Source of the DNA: Octopus bimaculoides | Lineage: Eukaryota | Reading direction: 5' to 3' | DNA: 54,590 nucleotides | Assembly (NCBI RefSeq): GCF_001194135.2 | Contig: NC_068986.1 | Span: 75,468,042-75,522,631 of the forward strand | In this document: piece after piece, positions 10,807-23,179 of the stretch | How the letters are laid out: every line of letters starts with the position of its first letter | How positions within the stretch are numbered: position 1 is the first letter of the stretch | The notes under the pieces: generated by a model | What the model saw: only the letters and a program-made list of their open reading frames with translations | Databases searched by the model: none | Told to the model about the DNA's origin: nothing | Position numbers and translations under genes: made by a program

Positions 10807-11259
10807 AAATAGGAAACGGAGAAATTGAGATATAGACATCGATTTATTAGGACATATTTAATTCCAAACAAAACCAAACTCATAACACCATAACATTTAC
10901 AATTGTTTCCATGCCCAATTAATGAAATTTGAGAAATTAAATTAAATTACATTGAATAAAAATATATTGGATGTATTTTTAAAATACATTGGATGCAAAA
11001 TCTCACATATCTGAGTCTATCAAGGATTTGGAAGGTAGCTCCTTTCTATCAAATTCTTCCCCTGACTAAATGTCCAATTAGTTATATTCAATAGGAAACT
11101 TTAACTTCATTTAATTTAATTTAATTTAATTTCTCAAATTGAATTAATTGGGCATGGAAACAGTTGTAGGTGCTAAGAGTTTGTTTTTGTTTGGAATTAA
11201 ATATGTTCTAATTAATTGATGTCTATATCTCAATTTCTCCGTTTCCTTTTTTTCTCATA
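10800..11259. mobile_element. Foldback/MITE with ~155-bp terminal inverted repeats, TA at both ends
   Basis: Left tatgagaaaataggaaacggagaaattgagatatagacatc... is the reverse complement of right ...gatgtctatatctcaatttctccgtttcctttttttctcata. Arms are about 10800-10955 and 11085-11259. Confidence 0.85.
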
Positions 11260-11387
11260 CAGAATCAATAGAATACCCATATCCATCAATGCGAAGCTAA
11301 CATCTTAGGTTTTTACTGATACACTGGATAAAACTGGGGAACTTGGATGCTGACATACCTTCAAGAGGGTTTTATATCCTATATTTA

Positions 11388-11530
11388 TTTAATTAGCGGT
11401 TCGGCGAAAGGAGACCGATAGAATAAGTGCTAGGCTTACAAAGAATAAGTCCTGGGGTCGATCTGCTCGACAAAAAGGCGGTGCTCCAGCATGGCCACAG
11501 TTAAATGACTGACACAAGTAGAAGAGTAAA
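11388..11530 (+). mobile_element. SINE family B, 3' tail
   Basis: ttagcggttcggcgaaaggagaccgatagaataag...ggcggtgctccagcatggccacag. Confidence 0.85.
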
Positions 11531-12084
11531 GGTGTGGATACATTTTGGTTCTGGTATGCCTCGGGTAAGGCCTTCAGGACATTTCTTCCAGCGTATAGCA
11601 TGGCATATGATTTAAACGTCTTTGTCGTATCTCATGAGACGATAGTAACTTCCGAACATTTCTGGAGAACGAATGATGTGGCGAATGATACCTTTCGCAC
11701 AGGTACTGCATAATTGACATTTTCCTATCACCACGTGGAAGTTTAGGGGCACTTTAATTTCTTTGTTGATCATATATGTACGTATGTATTCGTATACCTA
11801 TTTAGATATGCTTTTGTGTATATGCGTGTATGTTTACATGTTTGTATGTTTATATATATATATATATATANNNNNNNNNNATATATATACACGTGTGTGA
11901 GTGAGTGTGTGTGAGTGAGTGTGTGTGAGTGAGTGTGTGTGAGTGAGTGTGTGTGTATCTCTGTGTGTATGTATCTGTGTGTATATGTGTGTGTGTGTGT
12001 GTTTTCGTGTTTGTACATGTATATCAGTAGAAATATTGAAAACCTCCTACCAAAATCACGGAGTCTAAGAGAAATTATGAATAA

Positions 12085-12535
12085 ACCGGTAACAACACAG
12101 CTATTAAGACAAGAGTGCAACGATACAGCTATTGGATAAGATAACACAACGACACAGCTATTAATTTACATAACACAACCATTAGTTAAGGCAATAGTTT
12201 AGAAAACAAACCTACTAGTTAAGACAGCATTAGTTAAGACAATGGATATACTAATTAAGACAACAAAACAAAGAAGCAATTACCAGTTAACACAGCAGCA
12301 CAAATACTAGTTAAAACAGCAGATTCACTAGTTAGCACAACACCGCTCCTAGTTAAGACAATAAAAAACACCATGATACAGCTATCGGTTAACACAACAA
12401 TTGCATAAAATAGATTAACTGGTTATGACTACATAGCTTCTAGTTCATAAGTTAACAATGTGATTACTAGTTAAGACAACAGGTCTACAAATTAAGAAAC
12501 CATGATAGTTATTAGTTAAAGTAACAACATAAATG
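12085..12535 (+). repeat. Degenerate minisatellite with core (c)tagttaagaca
   Basis: More than 12 irregularly spaced variants of tagttaa(g/c)aca, e.g. ctagttaagacagcattagttaagacaat, ctagttaaaacag, ctagttaagacaac. Confidence 0.7.
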
Positions 12536-12785
12536 ATCCAGGTAACCTATGATTAAGGGTATTCTTATTGTGACCTTTCTAACATTTTTTATATTTAGAT
12601 CTGCATTATCTAGTGTGTCCTTTTCTGCTTTAAGACAGTAGACTGCAATTTTATGAAGAACTAGCTAATATTTTTAGCAGGTCAGGTAGCCAGTTTTCCA
12701 ATGCTATTACAGATACGCTTCAAGAAGAAACTGGTACGGTTAATCCGGAAAAATACTCAGTGGCAAAAACTTGCCATCAATCTGT

Positions 12786-13275
12786 CATATTTAGCGTTGC
12801 TGTGTGATAAGAAGTTTACTTCACAACCACATAGTTCCGGGTTCAGTCCCACTGCAAGACATCTTGGGCAAGTGTCTTCTACTATAGCCTCGGGCCGAAC
12901 AAAGCCTTGTGAGTGGATTTTGCTGACGAAAACTGAAAAAAGCCTGTCGTGTGTGTGTGTGTTTTTGTGTCTGTACTTGTCCCCCAACATTGCTTCACAA
13001 CCGGTGTTGGCTTGTTTACGTCCCCATAACTTGGCGGTCTGGTGAAAGAGACTGATAGACTAAGTGCTAGCCTTTTAAAAAAGTAAGTACTGGGATCGAT
13101 TCTGGTGTGTTTACATCCCTGTAACTTAACAGTTCGGCAAAAGTGACCGATAGAATAGGTACCAGGCTTATAAAGAATATATCCTGGCGTCGATAAAAAT
13201 CCTTCGACTAAAATTCCTTTAAGGCGGTGCTCCAGCATGGCCGCAGTCATATGACTGAAACAAGTAAAAGAAAGA
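12786..13275 (+). mobile_element. SINE family B, full length with a duplicated internal 3' segment
   Basis: Head, CORE-like segment and (tg)n are present. The ggtgtgtttac...cggcaaaag..accgatag block occurs twice (about 13005-13090 and 13104-13200) before the tail. Confidence 0.85.
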
Positions 13276-13957
13276 AGATATACATAGTGAGATCATTAGT
13301 TACTATAAATAATGACATCATTATCTATGTTGATATAAATTAGTAATATCCGGGGTTTTTTTTCTTTTTTAATCCGTTATCATTTCTTTATAAGAGTCAT
13401 ATTCTATTTATAGATTCTAGTTATATCATATCTTCGTATAGGACATGTTCACAAAAAGATTAGGTGTATGTTTTGATAAAAGGGTCAGATCTTATCTCAG
13501 CTTAAGACAATAGTTGCATCATAAATTTCAAATAACGCATATCTTGTTATCATATTTTTAGTGTACGATTGTATTTTATGATATCTTCTTGAAAGCGGTT
13601 ATTATATCACATCAATTAGCGATTATATTTTTATTACCTGATAAAATAGATTTATCATAACTTCACATCGTTGAAAATCAATATCACATCAGTTTAATGT
13701 TACACAGAGAGAGTCAAAAAAAAAAGGAAAAGAAAAGAAAAGACATTCTACTGTATCTCTTGCATCGTCAAATATACAATTGCTACTGTTGATGTTGTAA
13801 TGAATCGCTGTTGATGATGATGATGGTGGTGGTGATGATGGTGGTGGTGATGATGATGATGAGATGGTGCTGTTTTGGTTATCGCTTTTATCATCGACGT
13901 TTCAACTGACGTTTCTCTCTCTCGCTCGCTCTCTGCTTTTTCTTTCTCTATTTTCCT

Positions 13958-14006
<49 letters not shown>

Positions 14007-14113
14007 AAATGTACTTTGCTTTCGTTAATGTTTCTACAGATTTAATGCTGTTGATGTTGCTGATGATGATGATCATAAAGTTGATTATACCGTTCTGGTT
14101 TATAGTAATTGTG

Positions 14114-14378
14114 TGGAGGCGCAATGGCCCAGTAGTTAGGGCAGCGGACTCGCGGTCATAGGATCGCGGTTTCAATTCCCAGACCGGGCGTCGTGAGTGT
14201 TTATTGAGCGAAAACACCTAAAGATCCACGAGGCTCCGGCAGGGGATGGTGGCGAACCCTGCTGTACTCCTCCACCACAACTTTCTCTCACTCTTTCTTC
14301 CTGTTTCTGTTGTGCCTGTAATTCAAAGGGTCAGCCTTGTCACACTGCGTCACGCTGAATATCCCCCGAGAACTACGT
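14114..14378 (+). mobile_element. SINE family C, tRNA head and body, 3' end missing
   Basis: tggaggcgcaatggcccagtagttagggcagcggactcg...ggtttcaattccc (A/B boxes). Matches the reverse complement of 37735-38001. Confidence 0.9.
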
Positions 14379-14543
14379 TGTTGTTGTTGATGTTGTTGTT
14401 GTTGCATTTATATTTAAAATTGCTCTCAGCCATATTGTTATTGTTGACTACCTTTACTGTCTGGGATATCTTGTTCTTGTAATAATTGCAGTACTTGCTC
14501 CGTTTTCAATTGTCTTCACTTCTTGTTGTTGTTATTTTTGTTA

Positions 14544-14586
<43 letters not shown>

Positions 14587-14781
14587 GGTGGTAGTAGTAG
14601 TAGTAGTTGCTGTGTTTCCAATAACCTCCATATTCCCATCACTCGTTACTTTATTCCTTAAGACTTATAAATTTCTTACAATCTTTTTTCATTATTATTT
14701 TTGCAGTTCTTATTGTTATTTAGTCATACTATCAGTTTGACTTCCCCAATATATATGTGTGTGTATATATGCACATTAAAA

Positions 14782-15505
14782 GCAGAAGAGGAACAAGCAA
14801 AGTACATTGTATCACTTTAGAGTATTTGATTTATAATTTACACATAGTGCTGAATACTTATAGCAAATAGGTAAAGTCTCTTACAGCTGTTTCTAGATTA
14901 GCTAAACATGCAAATCTTATTTTATTGCGTTATGATTTCCGTGTTAGCTGACTATTCTGTCAATGAATATTCTGGATTAAGGATATTCATTATTTCTTAC
15001 TCACGGAATAAATAGCTGACGTGGAAACCTTTACTCAATAATATAAGATCCACATGTTTAGCTATTCTAGAAACAGCTGTAAGATACTTTAGCTATTTAT
15101 TATAACTATTCCGTACTATGTTTAAATTATAAATTAAATGCTCTAAAGCAGGGCTCGGCAAACCAGGGTAAATTACCTCAAACGGGGTAAAAATGAAATT
15201 CTTGATGGAAATGAAGACTCACTAGGCTCAAGTAAAATTACATAAAAAACGTGTTCCTTGTTACAGCAGAATTTTTTTTTTTGTGGTGACAATGCATCTG
15301 TCCAATTTAATGGACGTGTAAATAGTTTTATATAAATAGATTCAATAAAATAGGCTCAATAAATTCAAAGAATTAATGATTTTCTTCCTTCCGAATCAAG
15401 AGGGAAACGGCGGCATAAATAATTAAACTTTGGGAGAATTGGTTAAAAAAAGTTCCTCGACCCCTGATCTAAAGTGATACCATATGCTTTGCTTGTTCAT
15501 TCTCT
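14782..15505. mobile_element. Foldback/MITE with long inverted arms, interrupted by a hAT MITE
   Basis: gaacaagcaaagtacattgtatcactttagag...cttacagctgtttctagattagctaaacatg is mirrored by catgtttagctattctagaaacagctgtaag...ctctaaag[insert]atctaaagtgataccatatgctttgcttgttc. Confidence 0.8.
15149..15466. mobile_element. hAT (Charlie-type) non-autonomous element, 318 bp
   Basis: Ends are cagggctcggcaaac and gttcctcgacccctg. The 8-bp TSD is ctctaaag (15141-15148) / atctaaag (15467-15474). Confidence 0.75.
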
Positions 15506-16789
15506 GTTTTTTTAATATATTTCTACCCGCTCAAGGATGAGCCAGTTCTATCCATCTTTTATAAGCAGCTTCAACACAACCTATTCTTAGTTATACTTCA
15601 AACCGGAAATTTACTGGTAAACCAAACTTAGCACTAATAGAACACACCTATTGCTAATGACGTATAGGGACATCATGTTTGATTATGCAAGCATAATATA
15701 CTACAAAGTATATGAAACGTTGTAACAAAATCACTATTGGCTATAATTTCTATAGAGAATCTATAGAAGTAACCTTAACACCTGTTATAGTATACAAATT
15801 AATAGTACCGAGTTCTCTGAAGCTACTGGATTTGTTGTCTATATAAACAGACTGACTCTTTATTTCTCTTGGTTTGGTCGAATGATGTAAACACCTGTAA
15901 TGAGAACCCAACACGGTTTACTTTAGTCCTTTCTAGCCAGGCATGTTACACCAAGCTCATTTTAATATTGTTACTACGGCTATTACTATACATACATGAA
16001 TCTAGAATATTACAGTCGCAGTTGATATTCCCTGTGTTGTTAGTACAATCCATTATCTGATGTCAACTTTTATATTTATATTTAAAACTAGTGAGATTAA
16101 TGGTATCAGCTTACTTGGAATATAAACTAGATTAAACAATCGAAATGTCATCGACTGCATCAGCCATCTCCTCAACACTCCTGAATCCTCTAGAATTATT
16201 TATTAAAAACAAACCATTAACTTCGATTGAAACAATCCAATTCTTCAATCAACCAATTAGTAAAGCAATCAAACAATGAAATAATTGCCACACTTCAATT
16301 TGGCAGAACAAAAAGAAAACTTTCGTTGACGTAGCGATCTATTTTACTTTTGTCTCATATTCCTTTATACAATCAGACCACTTCTGGGCACTGTGCAATT
16401 TCTCATCCGTTTTTCTCAGCCTGTTTCTGATAAATCACCCAACTAAACTACTATCCTGATTAAATATGAACCATCAAGAGAACATCTACAACGGTATGAA
16501 GACTTACTACGTATAGCAGTTAAGTATTTTTCTAACTTTAAAAACTGGTATGTTTAATAATGTATTCGTAGATATACGTGTAAGTTGGTTTGGTCATTCC
16601 TGGTCAAAAGACTACCTTTTGCTTAGACCTAGAATTAAACAACTATAATAACAGCAACAACAACAACAACAACTTCGATTAAACTAATTGCTTCTGTAAT
16701 CTATATACGCCATATTTCTATTTGTTCTGATATCTAACGTAGATTTATGTCTGTTTTCATTTCAATAAGTGAGATAGATAAGATTGATG

Positions 16790-17020
16790 AGATGGATACG
16801 GCTAATGTTCTTCTTGAAAAGGTGAAAGATGACAACCGCAGGAAGTAAATTTCTTATAGATCACGTTCTGCGGAAGGACTTGAGAAAAATCAAGCCTGTG
16901 TGGGTGAACACAACATAGCGGCCGAAAAGACAATAAAACAAGTCAGCTGGCACAAAATAAGCTTTATCTGAGTAACTGTGGCCTTTCTAGCAGGAGTAAA
17001 AGAAGAAGAATAAGAAGACA
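16790..17020 (+). mobile_element. Possible decayed RTE-type LINE 3' end
   Basis: Translates DHVLRKD...W.....RPK, similar to the RTE GH.LRK...W...KR.RGRP motif, and ends in (gaa)n/taag. Heavily mutated. Confidence 0.35.
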
Positions 17021-17504
17021 TACTTACTTAGAACATATAGCTTCCATTCTAAAAGCAACTGGGAATTCATTGAGGGCTGCCATAGGAAGGAGGTTAAAAT
17101 ATTCTTCAGAATTTGAGTTGGTAGTTTATTGAAGACTGTCAAAACCAAAAGTTAAGAGAGGTCATGTGGGTGTTAACAATTTATTGAAGTTTGCCACTAG
17201 AAGGTCGAGAATTTTTGCTGAAGTTAGAAATTTAGTGGTGCTGCTACAATGACGAGATTGATAGATTATGCAGAATCTAGAAGCTTATTGTGGGCTGCCA
17301 CAATGAGAAGCTCAAGTAATTACACAGATGCTTATGTGTCTCATTTTGTTGTTGAACTTTGTTTTTTAGGAAACCATCATTTCACATTTATTCACGAAAC
17401 ACCTTACGAGTTTCCAGCGCAGAGATTTTAATCCAATATTTTACCAAACTCTCTATGATCTGCTTGTGATATAAACCCACTTTAATTGAATTATCATCAC
17501 CCAT

Positions 17505-17844
17505 GACAGAGAGACCCCCTTCGGTCATGATTCACCATGGGATTGCACCTAGAACGTTACTCTCCCAGGCACAAGTCCGGGCAAGGTTGTTTATGGAAGA
17601 CCAGCAGTCGCCTATGCAAACCGGCCTCCCCTCTCCACGCCACCAGTGTTATCCAAGGGAAAGGCAAAGAGGCCGATACAGCTTGGCACCAGTGACATCG
17701 CAACTCATTTCTACAGCTGAGTGAACTGGAGCAACATGAAATAAAGTGTCTTGCTCAAGAACACAACACGCAGCCCAGTCCAGGATTCGAACTCACAACC
17801 CCACGATCGTAAGTTCGACGCTCTAACCACTGAGCCATGCGCCT
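17505..17844 (-). mobile_element. tRNA-derived SINE, family E, full length
   Basis: Minus strand reads aggcgcatggctcagtggttagagcgtc...gagttcgaatcctgg (clear A/B boxes), then gtgttcttgagcaagacact. tcacccat flanks it at 17497-17504 and 17845-17852. Confidence 0.9.
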
Positions 17845-18757
17845 TCACCCATAATCATCAACCATAATTACTAGAAAATCTGAAAGTCATCCAGAAGATT
17901 GGCACAACAGCTGAAACAAGCTCAAGATGACTGTGGCTGATAAGGGATGGCAAGTGGCACCCTTCTGCAAGGGAAGACCAATTCAGTCCTCGCTACCCAA
18001 CTCAAGCAAAGTGTATACGCAAAGGGGTGAAATGCTTGTGAACCGAACATATCCGCTGTCAACACGGAATGACTTCCAACATTGTGATGGATTTAGAAGA
18101 GCTTGCAAAAGCTCTGAGTAGTTCCTACAGTTTCTGCCTGGGGCAAAGCATTTGCGGTGTTATTTTTCCATCTAAGTCTATTATAAATTTGTTCTATAAA
18201 CAGGTTTGAAGCTGGGCTTTTTAAAGGAACACAATATAACCAACGGGAAATGACGGTACCATAATATATAGCTGTTTACCAACACGTTTTACCATGGCTA
18301 TTGATATTTCTACTAAAACCATCTTCATGAATATTTTCAGTTATTACATAGAATGTGTTTGTCATGCTGATTAATGATCAAAACTCAAAACGGAGTTACA
18401 ACCAAATCCCAGTTACAACAGAATTTATATTATCAATCCAATAACTTTTTCTTATTTCCAGCACAATGACGAACGGAGCACATAATTCGTTCCATCACTG
18501 TCTCCAGAGTTCGTCAACTGTTGTGGTATCACGACAAAAATCTCCTTCAAACATTAGAACTCCTAAGAGTTGGCTCTAGATTTTGTAGTTTTCTTCCCAT
18601 AAAAAAAAAAAAGTCGCCTTTGGAGCATCAATAATTATTGATTTCAAACCTGGTACTTATTTTTCCGATGACGAAAGGATGAAAGGTGAAGTCGATCTAG
18701 GCGATATTTGAGCTCAGAAAGGCGGTGAGCTGGCAAAAAACGTTAGCATGCCGGGCG

Positions 18758-19436
18758 AAATTTTCCCGACCGAACATTTTACTAACAGTCGTATTAATGG
18801 AAGCATTGAGGCAGCGTAGTAGCAGAATCGTTAGCACGTCGGACAAAATGCTTAACGTCATTTCTTCTGATTCTCTGCGTTCTGAGTTCAAATACAGCTG
18901 AAACAACTTGAAAATTTGGATAGGCTTCAGCTTCATCAACTTCTAGGTTCGAGGTAGATTGAGCTTCATCATTTTTATGAAATGCGCTACAATCTACCTA
19001 GTATTGTATGAAATACTAGGACGGCGATCTGTCAGAATTGTTACCGCTCCAGGCAAAATGTTTGGCGGCATTTCGTTTATCTTTACGTTCTGAGTTCAAA
19101 TACCACCGAGGACGACTTTGCCTTTCATCCTTTCGGGGTCGATAACTTAAGTACCAGTTGCGTACTGGGGTCGATATAATCGACTAGCCCCCTCCCCCAA
19201 AATTTCGGGCCTTGTGCCTAGAGTAGAAAAGGAAATGTTTTATAGCGCATAGGACAAAATGCTTTGCGACATTTCGACCGGCTGTACGTTCTAAGTTCAA
19301 ATTCCACCGTGATCCACTTTGCCTTTCATCCTTTCGGCGTCGATAAAATAAGTACTAGCTAAGTACTGGGGTCGATGTGATTGACTAATCCCCTCACCAG
19401 AACTTGCTGGCCTTCTGCCAAAATTTGAAACCAATA
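18758..19436 (+). repeat. Left arm of an inverted duplication (unique DNA plus stacked family A SINEs)
   Basis: Reverse-complement match to 19826-20296, including the non-SINE segment ggataggcttcagcttcatc...ctacaatctacctagtatt. Confidence 0.9.
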
Positions 19437-19825
19437 CGTGTTATAGGTTATAGTCCAGATTAGTTCCCCTTATTTCACTTTATTTGATTGTCAATTAGTT
19501 TCAAACTGCAATCATGTCATTTCGAAGTCCTCTACATCTAGATTGCAGTTATTTCAGAAATGCAGATATTATCAAATGCAAAGAAATTGGTGGAATGCAG
19601 TCTTTTATTATTCATTCGTGTACGCAGAAAGTACAGTGCTTAAACCCTTTGGAAAACATCTATGGAGGATTTAGTAAGAAGACAGAACTATATAACTGTG
19701 TGACGTTGTGCAGACAAAGCAATCTATTTGGTTGGAATTCTAGACAGAATTAGTTTCAAAGTGAATGCTTTAGATCAGGTGTTTAGTGCAAGGATAAAGT
19801 TGTGAGGTACAGTATTTCATATAAT

Positions 19826-20296
19826 ATTGGTTTCAAATTTTAGCACAAGGTCAACAAGTTGGGTGGGGTTGAAAGGTTAAGTCGATGTGATCGACCCCAG
19901 TGCTCTACTGGTACTTATTTTATCGACACCGAAAGGATGAAGGGCAATGTCGATCTCGGCGGAATTTGAACTCAGAACATAAAGACGGACGAAATGTCGC
20001 CAATCATTTTGCTTGGCGCGGTAACAATTCTGCGAGGTCGCCGCCCCAGTGTTTCATATAATACTAGGTAGATTGTAGCACATTTCATAAAAAGGATGAA
20101 GCTCAATCTACGTCGAACCTTGAAGCTAATGAAGCTGAAGCCTATCCAAATTTTCAAATTGTTTCAGCTATATTTGAACCCAGAACGTATAGAGTCGGAA
20201 GAAATGATGTTAAGCATTTTGTCCAACGTGCTAACGATTCTCCCAGCACACTGCCTTAATGCGACTGTTAATAAGATGTTCGGTCTGGAAAATTTT
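19826..20296 (-). repeat. Right arm of the inverted duplication
   Basis: ORF track shows the same peptide in both arms on opposite strands (MKLKPIQIFKLFQLYLN at 18697-18939 minus and 20096-20380 plus). Confidence 0.9.
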
Positions 20297-20911
20297 GAAA
20301 GGAAAGGTAAAGAAAGTATAAAGAAAAAGCATTCATATTTCAATAATATACTCAAATTTGTAACAATTTGTCATAATTGAATGCACTGACTGCAAAGTAA
20401 TTGATTTGAAGTATAATTATAAATTGATTACTATGGTAAATTATGACTGCGTTAGAAACATTGGATAGAAAATTTCGGCAAAACGTTTCTACATAGTAAT
20501 CTTGTCAGCGAGACAATTAAGGTTAATATGAAGACATTGCCGGTTTGACAGCTCCAGTTAGATGAGGTCATAGATTACAGGATATATAATAAACAGCTAA
20601 ACGGTCAATTGTTTGTGTCCTGAAACCCACGTTGCTCTGTATCCATGGCCAAGACATTTAACTTTCAAACACCAACTTCACTTAGCTGCAAGTGCTGTGT
20701 ATTCCACAAGGTCATCTGCGTCTTCACCGTAGCTCCTTTTATGAAAGAAAAGCTACAAACAAGTTTACGATAGAGAAAAGCATGACAGGGACAGGAAGTT
20801 GTGTTTAATAGGTAAATAATTCAAGGTGTTTGACCAATGGATCACTGAATGAATGAATGGATGGATGAATGAATGGCATGGTTAACATGCACGGAAAGGG
20901 ACAAAAGTCAC

Positions 20912-21066
20912 AGGCGTAGCTGTGTTGTAAGAAGCTTCCTTACTAACCACAGGGTTTGGAGATCAGTCCCACTGCATGGCACCTTGACCAATTGTTTTCT
21001 ACTCTACGAAGCTTTGTGATTTGGTAGACGGAAACTGACAGAAGCTCGCCGTATATATACATATGC

Positions 21067-21101
<35 letters not shown>
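20912..21101 (+). mobile_element. SINE family B, 5' half running into a gap
   Basis: caggcgtagctgtgttgtaagaagcttcc...cagtcccactgcatggcaccttg...ggtagacggaaactg followed by (tg)n. Confidence 0.8.
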
Positions 21102-21704
21102 NNNNNNNNNNNNNNNNNNNNNNNNNNNNNNNNNNNNNNNNNNNNNNNNNNNNNNNNNNNNNNNNNNNNNNNNNNNNNNNNNNNNNNNNNNNNNNNNNNN
21201 NNNNNNNNNNNNNNNNNNNNNNNNNNNNNNNNNNNNNNNNNNNNNNNNNNNNNNNNNNNNNNNNNNNNNNNNNNNNNNNNNNNNNNNNNNNNNNNNNNNN
21301 NNNNNNNNNNNNNNNNNNNNNNNNNNNNNNNNNNNNNNNNNNNNNNNNNNNNNNNNNNNNNNNNNNNNNNNNNNNNNNNNNNNNNNNNNNNNNNNNNNNN
21401 NNNNNNNNNNNNNNNNNNNNNNNNNNNNNNNNNNNNNNNNNNNNNNNNNNNNNNNNNNNNNNNNNNNNNNNNNNNNNNNNNNNNNNNNNNNNNNNNNNNN
21501 NNNNNNNNNNNNNNNNNNNNNNNNNNNNNNNNNNNNNNNNNNNNNNNNNNNNNNNNNNNNNNNNNNNNNNNNNNNNNNNNNNNNNNNNNNNNNNNNNNNN
21601 NNNNNNNNNNNNNNNNNNNNNNNNNNNNNNNNNNNNNNNNNNNNNNNNNNNNNNNNNNNNNNNNNNNNNNNNNNNNNNNNNNNNNNNNNNNNNNNNNNNN
21701 NNNA

Positions 21705-21890
21705 CCGACAAAGATATTAAGTCGATTACATCGACCCCAGTGCGTAAATGGTACTTAATTTATCGACCCCGAAAGGATGAAAGACAAAGTCTACCTCAGC
21801 GGAAATTGAACTCAGAACGTAACGGTAGACGAAATACCGCTAAGCGTTTCGCCCGGCGTGCTAACGTTTCTGCCAGCTTACCGCCTTCCT
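21705..21890 (-). mobile_element. SINE family A
   Basis: Minus strand reads ggcggtaagctggcagaaacgttagcacgccgggcg...gagttcaatttcc...ctttcatcctttcggggtcgataaattaagtacc. Confidence 0.9.
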
Positions 21891-22274
21891 TTTAACGACT
21901 AATTATCCAGTATCTCTAGCCTTTTGTATCTCACTAAAATTAGTACCAACATACTAGAATCAATTAACAATCATGTAACCGATATACTCCCACTCTTGAA
22001 AAATTGAACCTTTCTATCTCGTCACAATGTATCAATATGCAGATTAGACCGTAAAGGTTAACCTCTGATATAATTAGTCTACAAGAGGGTTTCAATTCCC
22101 TATTGTAGTCAGTTTACATTATTCCCATTGCTAATGTCCTTGGGAGTATTGTGAGCATTTCACAATCTGATATATATTCAGTATATATTTGTATACATAT
22201 TTTTCATCTAGCAATAAGCACGCCTCATATTCACCTTCTTTGCCAGGGTATCGTCTCTACGCAGCCTATATATC

Positions 22275-22368
<94 letters not shown>

Positions 22369-22837
22369 TGTGTGTGTGTGTGTGTGTGTGTATGCACGTA
22401 TGATAAATCGATATTTAGTCGCAGTATCTGCCAAGAATGAAAGACTTGAAGTCCTTAGAGACCTGAGATCACCACATGGTTTCAATTCAGTGAAAATTAT
22501 TTATGTTTGCTATCGTATTTTAAAATGGAAACAAACAACAAACTTCCCCTTCTAAAACAGTATTTCCTTTTTCTACTTCAATGATTTTGATGGGGTGTAA
22601 GACATGGAAAACTGGGAGAAAAAAATTACAAGAACATCGACCGCATTTAGTTTTTTCCCCGTTTCTGTGTTCAAATCACAAATTTGTGTTGTTTTTATAT
22701 TTTTAATAAAAAAAATATTCAAATGAAACTCTAATCGACATAGTCTAAACTTACAATTAATTATACAACCCGTCTTACAACCCGGAAAAGTATAATCACA
22801 AATTACAATTATACACTCACCTTGCGTTTATGCAGTT

Positions 22838-23031
22838 GGTGGGTGTTGAAAAGTTCCTGGCTTTAAGGATAACGCAAATGGCTTGTTTGGAGGCCCAAGC
22901 TTCCGAGTTCTTTTACAGGGCTTAGTAAAACTGAAGGATTGCTGGAATAAGTGTGTGAATCTGAGAGGGGAATGTGTTGAATAAAATCATAATTAACTGA
23001 TCCTCCTGTGTTTTCAGCTTCTCCTCGTATA
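22838..23031 (+). mobile_element. Mariner-derived MITE retaining the transposase C-terminus
   Basis: Left end is gggtgttgaaaagttcctggcttt. Internal LQGLVKLKDCWNKCVNLRGECVE* resembles the mariner C-terminal G..KL..RW.KC....G.YVE*. A partial right TIR ttttcagc...cctcgta is present. Confidence 0.7.
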
Positions 23032-23179
23032 TCATTATAATAGATAATATATCATTTACAATTATATATGTCACCGTCTTACAACTCAAACATGCAATTA
23101 ATTATAATCAAATTATACAATTATACAGTCTTCCCTTACGTATAACTTTTCAATCATATTATCATTATACATCCTTTTT

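Noticed and set aside
14114-14190. tRNA genes at SINE heads (also 17770-17844 and 37925-38001)
   Set aside because: A/B boxes are present, but each continues into a multi-copy SINE body with a tail or TSD. These are tRNA-derived heads, not tRNAs.
16085-16165. ctagtga-gatt...aatc-GAAA-tgtca-TC as a hammerhead
   Set aside because: The core is scrambled and there is no stem I pairing.
17880-18170. Possible hAT dimerisation-domain remnant (VVPTVSAWGKAF)
   Set aside because: Similarity is too weak and interrupted by stops.
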